In this document: positions 18,679 to 25,309 of the stretch, piece after piece
Layout: every line of letters begins with the position of its first letter
Numbering within the stretch: the first letter of the stretch is position 1
Assembly (NCBI GenBank): GCA_040752415.1
Contig: JBFMGU010000158.1
Location: 1 to 25,309, forward strand
From: Myxococcota bacterium
GTDB lineage: Bacteria > Myxococcota > JACRCW01
DNA length: 25,309 nucleotides
Direction of reading: 5' to 3'
The notes under the pieces: generated by a model
Told to the model about the DNA's origin: nothing
Database searches by the model: none
The model's input: only the letters and a program-made list of their open reading frames with translations
Program-made: the position numbers and the translations under genes

Positions 18679-19523
18679 GCGAGACACTGCTGCCGGTCCA
18701 GAACGCGCCGCCGGAGGGGAACCGGGCCATCCGCCTCGTCGAGGCCGTGGGCCGTCCGCTCGCCGACGCCATCAATGACTTCGGCGGGTTCTGGAAGTTC
18801 GTGGTGGGCACGTTCTTCTGGATGTTCCGGCCGCCCTACCGCTGGAAGCTCGTCATCGAGCAGATGAACTTCCTGGGCGTGGGCACCATCATCATCATCA
18901 TCCTGAGCGGCGCCTTCACCGGCGCGGTGTTCACCTTCCAGAGCCTGTTCGCGTTCCGTCGCTTCGGTGGCGAGGACCTCGTCGGAAGCACGGTGGTGAT
19001 CAGCCTGGCGCGTGAGCTGGGGCCCGCCATGACGGTGCTCCTGTTCGCCGGTCGCAGCGGCAGCTCCATGGCCACCGAGCTCGCCACCATGCGCGTCACC
19101 GAGCAGATCGACGCGATGGAGACCATGGCCGTCAACGCCATCCAGTACCTCGTGGTGCCGCGGGTGATTGCCAGCTTCCTCATGGTGCCCGCGCTCGAGA
19201 TGGTGTTCACCACGGCGGGCTGGGTGGGCTGCTACTGGATTGGCACCACGCGCGAGGGCCTGGACCCCGGCAACATGATCGAGCGGACCAACTACTTCCT
19301 GGACCCGCCGGACTTCCTGGAGGGCGTCATCAAGAGCGCACTGTACGGGACGTTCGTGGCGCTGATCAGCTGCTACAAGGGCTACATGACGACGGGCGGC
19401 GCGCGCGGCGTGGGCCTGGCGGCCACGAGCGCGGTGGTGGTGAGCTCGGTGTCCATGGTGATGCTGAACTACTTCGTCACCGAGCTGATCCACCCGCTGC
19501 TCTACGCGCAGTACAACCTGTGA
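18675..19523 (+). CDS. mlaE: MlaE-family ABC transporter permease
   Basis: RELGP, AGRSGSSMATELATMRVTEQIDAMETM, LVVPR, GGARGVG.A; ATGA overlap with alr. Confidence 0.93.
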   Translation: MSETLLPVQNAPPEGNRAIRLVEAVGRPLADAINDFGGFWKFVVGTFFWMFRPPYRWKLVIEQMNFLGVGTIIIIILSGAFTGAVFTFQSLFAFRRFGGEDLVGSTVVISLARELGPAMTVLLFAGRSGSSMATELATMRVTEQIDAMETMAVNAIQYLVVPRVIASFLMVPALEMVFTTAGWVGCYWIGTTREGLDPGNMIERTNYFLDPPDFLEGVIKSALYGTFVALISCYKGYMTTGGARGVGLAATSAVVVSSVSMVMLNYFVTELIHPLLYAQYNL

Positions 19524-19527
19524 GCGG

Positions 19528-20535
19528 ATGGAGAAGATCCTCGTCATCCGGCTCTCCAGCATCGGGGACATCCTGCAGGCCAGCGCGGTGCCGCGCGTCC
19601 TGCGCAAGCGTTTTCCCCACGCGGAGATCCACTGGGTGGTGCGCAGCGACAACCTGCAGCTCATCCAGCACAACCCTCATCTCAGCCGCGTCTTCTCGTA
19701 CGACCGCAACACCGGTTTCGCCGGATTGCGCGCGCTGACGCGTGAGCTGCAGGCCCAGAAGTACACCCACGTCTACGACGCGCACTCCAACCTCCGCTCC
19801 CACTGGTTCTCGCTGTTCCTCCGTCCCAAGCACTTCATTCGTCGGGGGAAGCAGCGCTGGAAGCGGTGGCTGCTGTTCCTGCTGCGCATCAATCTCTTCC
19901 GCGGCTTCAACCCGGTGCGCAGCTTCATTGCGCCGTTGGCTCCCTGGGGCGTGACCGACGACGGACAAGGCAGCGAGATCCACCTCCCCACCGCCGTGAC
20001 GACGAAGGTGCGGGAGCGGATCAACGCGTTCGCGGGTGGCGCGGAGTGCATCGCAATGGCTCCGTCGGCGGCGTGGCCGAAGAAGCGCTGGCCGCTGGAG
20101 CACTGGTCGGAGCTGATCCGACGGATCCTCAGGGACACCGCGTACCGTGTCGTCGTGCTGGGCGGTCCGCAGGACGGTTTCTGCGCGGAGCTGGAAGCGA
20201 TTGATCCCACGCGCGTGCTCAACCTGCAGGGGAAGCTCAGCCTGCTGGAGAGCGCGGCGGCGGCGCAGGCGTGTCGCACGTTGGTGGCGGCGGACACGGG
20301 GCTGCTGCACATGGCGGAGGCGCTGGGGAAGGACGTGGTGGAGATGATTGGCCCCACGCCGTTCGGCTACCCCACGCGGCCGGGCAGCGTCGTGCTGGAG
20401 GTGCCGCTGTGGTGTCGACCGTGCACCAAGGACGGCGGCGGTCCGTGCGTGAACCCCGTCTACCAGCGCTGCATGCACGACATCACGCCCACGCGCGTGT
20501 TTGAGAGCCTCAAGATCCTGCAGGGACCCGGCTGA
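19528..20535 (+). CDS. Glycosyltransferase family 9 (WaaF/WaaC-like LPS heptosyltransferase)
   Basis: KILVIRLSSIGD, KRWP.EHW, DTGLLHMAEALG, C-terminal C..C...C...C pattern. Confidence 0.92.
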   Translation: MEKILVIRLSSIGDILQASAVPRVLRKRFPHAEIHWVVRSDNLQLIQHNPHLSRVFSYDRNTGFAGLRALTRELQAQKYTHVYDAHSNLRSHWFSLFLRPKHFIRRGKQRWKRWLLFLLRINLFRGFNPVRSFIAPLAPWGVTDDGQGSEIHLPTAVTTKVRERINAFAGGAECIAMAPSAAWPKKRWPLEHWSELIRRILRDTAYRVVVLGGPQDGFCAELEAIDPTRVLNLQGKLSLLESAAAAQACRTLVAADTGLLHMAEALGKDVVEMIGPTPFGYPTRPGSVVLEVPLWCRPCTKDGGGPCVNPVYQRCMHDITPTRVFESLKILQGPG

Positions 20536-20596
20536 CCAATTTACGATGTGTCGTAAAACGGTCTTGACCAATTTACGACGTTCCATAAAATGGTCA
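20533..20596. repeat. Two tandem 32-bp imperfect palindromes (putative operator array)
   Basis: TGACCAATTTACGA-tgtg-TCGTAAAACGGTCT followed directly by TGACCAATTTACGA-cgtt-CCATAAAATGGTCA; 26/32 identical; AT-rich in a high-GC background. Confidence 0.9.
20564..20591 (+). promoter_or_regulatory. Putative sigma70 promoter for a leaderless ATPase transcript
   Basis: TTGACC (20564-20569), 16 nt, TAAAAT (20586-20591). ATG begins at 20598; no Shine-Dalgarno in between. Confidence 0.6.
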
Positions 20597-20597
20597 C

Positions 20598-21794
20598 ATG
20601 CCGCAGCCTCGGGTCTACGAGGCCATTCTGCGCGAGCAGTTCGCCACGCTCCGCCAGATGGCGTTCGTCGCGGGTCCCCGCCAGGTGGGGAAGACCACGG
20701 TCGCGCGCCAGGTGGCAAACGCCTACTTCAACTGGGACAACGCGGATCACCGTCGGGTCATCCTTGCGGGGCCGAAGGCGGTGGCGGAGGAGGCGGGCCT
20801 GACGCGTTTGCGCGCGGATGTCCCGGTCATCGCTTTTGATGAGATCCACCGCCACGGAAAATGGAAGGCCTTCCTGAAAGGCTTCTTCGACACGTACTCG
20901 GAGCAGTGCCGTGTCGTCGTCACCGGGAGCTCAAGGTTGGATGTTTTCCGGCGTGGCGGGGACAGCCTCATGGGCCGGTACTTTCTGCACCACATGCATC
21001 CTCTCTCCGTGGGAGAGCTCCTGGAGCCGGTGGTGCCCGTCCAACCCGTTCGCAGTCCGCGCCGCATCGATGACGACGCGTGGGCCTCCCTGCAACTTCA
21101 CGGCGGCTATCCCGAGCCGTGGCTCCGCGCGGATTCTCGCTTCACGACGCGCTGGCGACGGATCCGCCTCCAGCAGTTGCTGCGCGAAGACGTGCGCGAC
21201 CTGACCCGGGTGCAGGAGTTGGCCCAGCTGGAGACCTTGGGCCTTCTCCTCACGGAACGGAGCGGGCAGCAGATTGTGCTCAGCAACCTGGCCGCGGACG
21301 TGGGGACGAGCGTGGACACGGTCCGGCGCTGGCTCTCCGTCCTGACGGGCCTGCACCACGGCTTCCTCGTGCGACCGTGGACCCGCAACGTGACGCGCAG
21401 CCTGCGCAAGGAGCCCAGGTGGTACCTGCGGGACTGGTCCGGTGTGGAGGACGAGGGGGCACGCGCGGAGACGTTGGTTGCGTGTCACCTGCTGAAGGCC
21501 GTCGAGATGTGGACGGACCTCGGGCTGGGCCAGTTCGACCTCTTCTATTTGCGGGACAAGGAGAAGCGGGAGGTGGACTTTGTGGTCATCCGCAATCGGA
21601 AGCCATGGTTTCTCGTCGATGTCAAAGCGTCCGACGAGCGCCTGTCTCCCTGGCTTGAGCACTTCCAGCAGCAGACCCGCGCGGAGCACGCCTTCCAGGT
21701 GGTCCTGGGCCTCCCGTTCGTCGACGCGGACTGCTTCAGTCGTCGGGCGCCCACCGTGATTCCGGCCCGGACGTTCCTGTCGCAGCTCCCGTAG
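20598..21794 (+). CDS. AAA+ ATPase (AAA_14) with DUF4143 / HTH and C-terminal PD-(D/E)xK-like domain
   Basis: Walker A GPRQVGKTT, Walker B IAFDEIH, VTGSS, GGYPE, HTH-like LSNLAADVGTSVDTVRRWL, C-terminal EVDFVV...LVDVK. Confidence 0.9.
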   Translation: MPQPRVYEAILREQFATLRQMAFVAGPRQVGKTTVARQVANAYFNWDNADHRRVILAGPKAVAEEAGLTRLRADVPVIAFDEIHRHGKWKAFLKGFFDTYSEQCRVVVTGSSRLDVFRRGGDSLMGRYFLHHMHPLSVGELLEPVVPVQPVRSPRRIDDDAWASLQLHGGYPEPWLRADSRFTTRWRRIRLQQLLREDVRDLTRVQELAQLETLGLLLTERSGQQIVLSNLAADVGTSVDTVRRWLSVLTGLHHGFLVRPWTRNVTRSLRKEPRWYLRDWSGVEDEGARAETLVACHLLKAVEMWTDLGLGQFDLFYLRDKEKREVDFVVIRNRKPWFLVDVKASDERLSPWLEHFQQQTRAEHAFQVVLGLPFVDADCFSRRAPTVIPARTFLSQLP

Positions 21795-21844
21795 GTCGGG
21801 TCGACATTTGACAGCGTGAAGATCCTCCGGTGAAGAGGGGCGCC

Positions 21845-23305
21845 ATGGAGCTTGCGCACGCCCTCAGCAGCCTCGGTCACCCTCGCATTGTCCTCGTGGG
21901 GGACGTGATGCTGGACCGCTACTCGTTCGGGGAGGTGCAGCGCATCTCGCCGGAGGCACCGGTACCGGTGCTGCGTGTGGGCAAGGAGGAGGAGCGGCTG
22001 GGGGGTGCCGGTTCCGTTGCTGCGGACCTGCTGATGCTCGGCGCGCGCGTGGACCTCTTGTGCGTGCTGGGTGACGACGCGGCGGGCATCCAGGTGCGTC
22101 GACTGGCGGAGAGCGCGGGCGCGCGCGTGCACGGCTGTCTCGTGGATTCCCGTCGTCAAACCATCCTCAAGACCCGGCACATCGCGCGCTCGGGTCCCTA
22201 CGGCCAGCAGGTCCTGCGCGTGGACCGTGAAGATGCGGTTCCGCTTGCCGCTGACGTCGAGGAACGCCTGCTCTCCGCCATCCGCGACGCGCTCCCGGGT
22301 GCGGACGCGCTCGTGCTCAGCGACTACGCCAAGGGCACGCTCACGCGTCGGGTGCTGAAGGAATCCATTGCCGCGGCGCGCGCGGCGAGGATCCCCGTCC
22401 TCGTCGACCCCAAAGGCGGCGACTTCACGCGCTACCAGGGCGCCACCTGCCTCACGCCCAACCGTCGCGAGGCCGCGGAGGCCACTGGCATCAGCCCCAT
22501 CGACGAGGACAGCACGCGCCGCGCGGGAAGGAAGCTGGTGGAGCTGGCGGAGCTGGACGTTGCGATCATCACGCTGGACCGCGACGGCATGGCGCTCTTC
22601 CACAAGGACGGTCGCGAGCTGATGGCGCCGACGAGGGCGCGCGAAGTCTTCGACGTCACCGGCGCGGGCGACATGGTGATGGCCATGCTGGCCCTGTGCG
22701 GTGCGGGCGGGCTGTCGTGGGAGACCGCGGTGCACCTGGCCAACGCCGCGGCGGGCGTGGAGGTCAGCAAGCTGGGCAGCGTCCCCATCACGCGACAGGA
22801 GGTGCTGCAGGCGTTGGGGGAGGGCACGCCCGCCGCCACCAAGGTGCTACCCGTCGAGGAGCTCCTGCCCGTGCTCGCCGCCAGGCGGGCCGCGGGCGCG
22901 CGCGTGGTGTTCACCAACGGTTGCTTCGACGTGCTGCACGTGGGCCACGCCCGCTACCTGGCCGCCGCGCGCACCGAGGGAGACCTGCTGGTGGTGGGCG
23001 TCAACGACGACGCATCGGTCTCGCGCCTCAAGGGTCCCGACCGCCCCATCGTCCCGCTTGCGGATCGGGCGGAGCTCCTCGCGGCGCTGGCCTGCGTGGA
23101 CTACGTGGTCAGCTTCTCCGAGGACACCCCGGCGCGGCTGATTGGGCAGGTGCTGCCCGACGTGCTGGTGAAGGGTGAGGACTGGAAGGACAAGGGCGTG
23201 GTGGGGCGTGACGTCGTGGAGGCGCGCGGCGGCAAGGTGGTGCTGGCGCGGTTGGAGCCCGGTAGGAGCACAACCGACATTGTGAAACGGATCCGAGGAA
23301 GCTGA
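21845..23305 (+). CDS. hldE: Bifunctional D-glycero-beta-D-manno-heptose-7-P kinase / heptose-1-P adenylyltransferase
   Basis: GDVMLDRY..G...RISPEAPVPV, SDYAKG, TPNRRE, DVTGAGD (PfkB-type kinase); FTNGCFDVLHVGH, LVKGED, STT (nucleotidyltransferase). Confidence 0.96.
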   Translation: MELAHALSSLGHPRIVLVGDVMLDRYSFGEVQRISPEAPVPVLRVGKEEERLGGAGSVAADLLMLGARVDLLCVLGDDAAGIQVRRLAESAGARVHGCLVDSRRQTILKTRHIARSGPYGQQVLRVDREDAVPLAADVEERLLSAIRDALPGADALVLSDYAKGTLTRRVLKESIAAARAARIPVLVDPKGGDFTRYQGATCLTPNRREAAEATGISPIDEDSTRRAGRKLVELAELDVAIITLDRDGMALFHKDGRELMAPTRAREVFDVTGAGDMVMAMLALCGAGGLSWETAVHLANAAAGVEVSKLGSVPITRQEVLQALGEGTPAATKVLPVEELLPVLAARRAAGARVVFTNGCFDVLHVGHARYLAAARTEGDLLVVGVNDDASVSRLKGPDRPIVPLADRAELLAALACVDYVVSFSEDTPARLIGQVLPDVLVKGEDWKDKGVVGRDVVEARGGKVVLARLEPGRSTTDIVKRIRGS

Positions 23306-23330
23306 AGGCCGGCTTGGCCTTGTGGTTTCC

Positions 23331-23358
23331 TTGACGCGTCGGCGGCGACCGCTACTCT
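23331..23358 (+). promoter_or_regulatory. Possible sigma70 promoter for yqeY-dnaG
   Basis: TTGACG, 16 nt, TACTCT; AAAGGAG ribosome-binding site further downstream. Confidence 0.4.
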
Positions 23359-23397
23359 CAGCGGCCCGCTTGAGGCTGGCGCAAAGGAGCACTCCGG

Positions 23398-23844
23398 ATG
23401 GCGCTGAGGGATCAGATTGATGCCGACATGAAGGCGGCCATGAAGGCGCAGGAGAAGGCGCGCCTGGACGCCCTGCGGCTGATCAAGAACGAGATCCGGA
23501 AGAAGGAGATCGACGAGAAGATCACGCTGGATGATGCCGGCGTGCACGGCGTCCTCTCCAAGCTGGCCAAGCAGCGCCAGGATTCCATTGAGCAGTACAA
23601 GGCGGGCGGTCGCCAGGACCTGGTGGACAAGGAGTCCGCGGAGCTGGCGCTCATCCAGGGGTACCTGCCGCAGCAGATGAGCGAGGCGGAGCTGAAGGCC
23701 GTGGTGGCCGACGCCATCAAGGAGAGCGGCGCGGCGGGTCCCAAGGACATGGGCAAGGTCATGGGCGTGCTGATGCCCAAGGTGAAGGGCCGTGCCGACG
23801 GCAAGCTCGTCAACCAGCTGGTGAAGGCCGCACTGGGCGGCTGA
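23398..23844 (+). CDS. GatB/YqeY domain protein
   Basis: DMKAAMKA, KQRQDSIEQY, YLPQQMSE, KDMGKVMG, GRADG; upstream of dnaG. Confidence 0.95.
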   Translation: MALRDQIDADMKAAMKAQEKARLDALRLIKNEIRKKEIDEKITLDDAGVHGVLSKLAKQRQDSIEQYKAGGRQDLVDKESAELALIQGYLPQQMSEAELKAVVADAIKESGAAGPKDMGKVMGVLMPKVKGRADGKLVNQLVKAALGG

Positions 23845-23939
23845 TTCCACCGCTTCCTGTGCATGCGCGCGTGCGCGCCCTCCGTTAGCAGCTGACACCC
23901 TTTTTCCAACCCTCTTCCTGGGTGGGATGGCTTTGGCGA

Positions 23940-25309
23940 ATGATCCCTGAGTCCGTCATTGAGGCGGTGAAGGACCGTGTGGACATCGTCCAGGTCGTGG
24001 GACGACACGTGGCCCTCAAGCGCGTGGGTCGCGCCTACGTGGGGCTGTGCCCGTTCCACACCGAGAAGTCGCCTTCGTTCAATGTGAGCCCGGATCGTCG
24101 TGGCTACCACTGCTTTGGCTGCGGCGAGGGCGGGAACGTCCTGCGCTTCCTCTGCAAGGTCCAGAACCGCTCCTTCCCGGAGGTGGTGCGCGAGCTCGCC
24201 AAGGAATACGGCATCCCCATCCCGGAGGCGCCGGAGTCCCCGGAGGATCGGGCGCGGGATGCGCTGCGCAACCGGCTCTTTGCTCTCAATGAGCGCGTGG
24301 TGACGTTCTTCCGGGAGCAGCTGTCCGCCGATACCGGCGAGGAAGCACGCAAATATCTCGAGGAGCGCGGCCTCAACCCCGGTGTGTGCGCGGAGTTCGA
24401 GGTGGGCTTTGGCGGCCCGGGCTGGGATGGCCTGTGGCAGGCGTTGGGCAAGACCGATCAGGAGCGGGAGGACCTCCTCACCCTGGGCCTGTGCGTCAAG
24501 GGCGACAACAACGTCTATGACCGCTTCCGCGGCCGCGTGATCTTCCCCATCCGCGACGAGAAGCTGCGCGTGGTGGGTTTTGGCGGTCGTGTCTTTGGTG
24601 AGCGCGCCAAGAAGGAAGGCGTTGCCAAGTATCTCAACAACAGTGAGAGCCCCATCTACGAGAAGAGCCAGGTCTTCTACCGGCTGCCCCAGGCGCTGAC
24701 GCGCATCCGTCGGGGTGAGGCCGCGGTGATCGTGGAGGGCTACTTCGACGCCATTGCACTGGAGCGCTGCGGGCTGGCCGCCATGGCCACCTGCGGAACC
24801 GCGCTCACGCCGCGGCACGCGCATCACCTGCAGCGCCTCAAGGCGGAGGTGGTGTTGTGCTGGGATGGTGACGCCGCCGGTGACCGCGCCGTGCGCAAGG
24901 CCGGTGAGGTGCTGCTCCCGCTGGGGATCACCACGCGCGTGGCCAGCCTTCCCATTGGGGATGATCCGGACACGTACGTGGCGCGCACCGGGCTGACGGG
25001 AGCGTCCCGGCTGGTGAAGGAGGCGGAGCCGCTGCCCAAGTTCGTCATCCAGGCCGCGGCGCGTGCGGCGGAGGACGCGGGGGATGACATTCCTCGTCGG
25101 GTGGCCGCCATCCGGTCCCTGGCCTGGCTGTTCCATGCCATTCCCGCCGGGCTGGAGAAGGACCTCTACCTGGACCTCGCGGCCAAGAAGCTGGGGCTCA
25201 CCCAGGAGCAGCTGCAGCGGGAGTTCCGGGAGGCCGGCCACCGACCCGTCGTCCATGCGCCCGCGGTCCACCAGGCTGCTCCCGTCCCCGCTCCCGCGCA
25301 GAACCTTCC
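23940..25309 (+). CDS. dnaG: DNA primase, 3'-truncated by the window edge (not in the ORF track)
   Basis: Manual translation from ATG 23940: MIPESVIEAVKDRVDIV..., zinc finger CPFHTEKSPSF...HCFGC, YDRFRGRVIFPI, GFGGR, KYLN, TOPRIM VEGYFD and WDGD. Confidence 0.97.
   Translation, partial: MIPESVIEAVKDRVDIVQVVGRHVALKRVGRAYVGLCPFHTEKSPSFNVSPDRRGYHCFGCGEGGNVLRFLCKVQNRSFPEVVRELAKEYGIPIPEAPESPEDRARDALRNRLFALNERVVTFFREQLSADTGEEARKYLEERGLNPGVCAEFEVGFGGPGWDGLWQALGKTDQEREDLLTLGLCVKGDNNVYDRFRGRVIFPIRDEKLRVVGFGGRVFGERAKKEGVAKYLNNSESPIYEKSQVFYRLPQALTRIRRGEAAVIVEGYFDAIALERCGLAAMATCGTALTPRHAHHLQRLKAEVVLCWDGDAAGDRAVRKAGEVLLPLGITTRVASLPIGDDPDTYVARTGLTGASRLVKEAEPLPKFVIQAAARAAEDAGDDIPRRVAAIRSLAWLFHAIPAGLEKDLYLDLAAKKLGLTQEQLQREFREAGHRPVVHAPAVHQAAPVPAPAQNL

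Noticed and set aside
20533..20596. 32-bp palindromic repeats as a mini CRISPR array
   Set aside because: Only two units, directly abutting with no spacer, and no cas genes in the window. An operator array fits better.
20525..21802. Terminal inverted repeats around the DUF4143 gene (GACCCG...GACC versus GGTCGGGTC)
   Set aside because: Too short and GC-rich to exceed chance; no target-site duplication identified.
21808..21836. Perfect TTGACA upstream of hldE as a promoter
   Set aside because: No credible -10 hexamer 16-18 nt downstream.
23412..25271. 619-aa minus-strand ORF
   Set aside because: Antisense shadow of yqeY and dnaG; the + strand carries clear primase motifs.

Overview
High-GC bacterial chromosomal segment with Myxococcota/Deltaproteobacteria-like gene content, mostly housekeeping. 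Order: 3' part of infB, DUF503, rbfA, nrnA-like DHH phosphoesterase, truB; on the minus strand a REC-REC-HD-GYP phosphodiesterase and an FNR-like oxidoreductase; t44/S2-leader RNA, rpsB, tsf (no pyrH-frr follows); an unknown 4-TM protein that looks like two tandem Wzz-like modules; a 333-bp, heavily structured gap between convergent genes; a DUF4398 lipoprotein plus a DUF4398-TSP3-OmpA lipoprotein; DinG/YoaA helicase; a Cys/Ser-rich NHL lipoprotein; isoaspartyl peptidase; alr, mlaE, GT9 heptosyltransferase, an AAA+/DUF4143 ATPase-nuclease, hldE; yqeY and the 5' part of dnaG (missing from the ORF track). Best leads: (1) the DUF4143 ATPase sits between two LPS-heptose genes behind two tandem 32-bp AT-rich palindromes that overlap a predicted leaderless sigma70 promoter; (2) a ~175-nt rod-folding RNA candidate at 10563-10737; (3) the tandem Wzz-like protein. 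No CRISPR array, tRNA, rRNA or transposase was seen. All calls come from manual motif reading; no database search or folding program was run.
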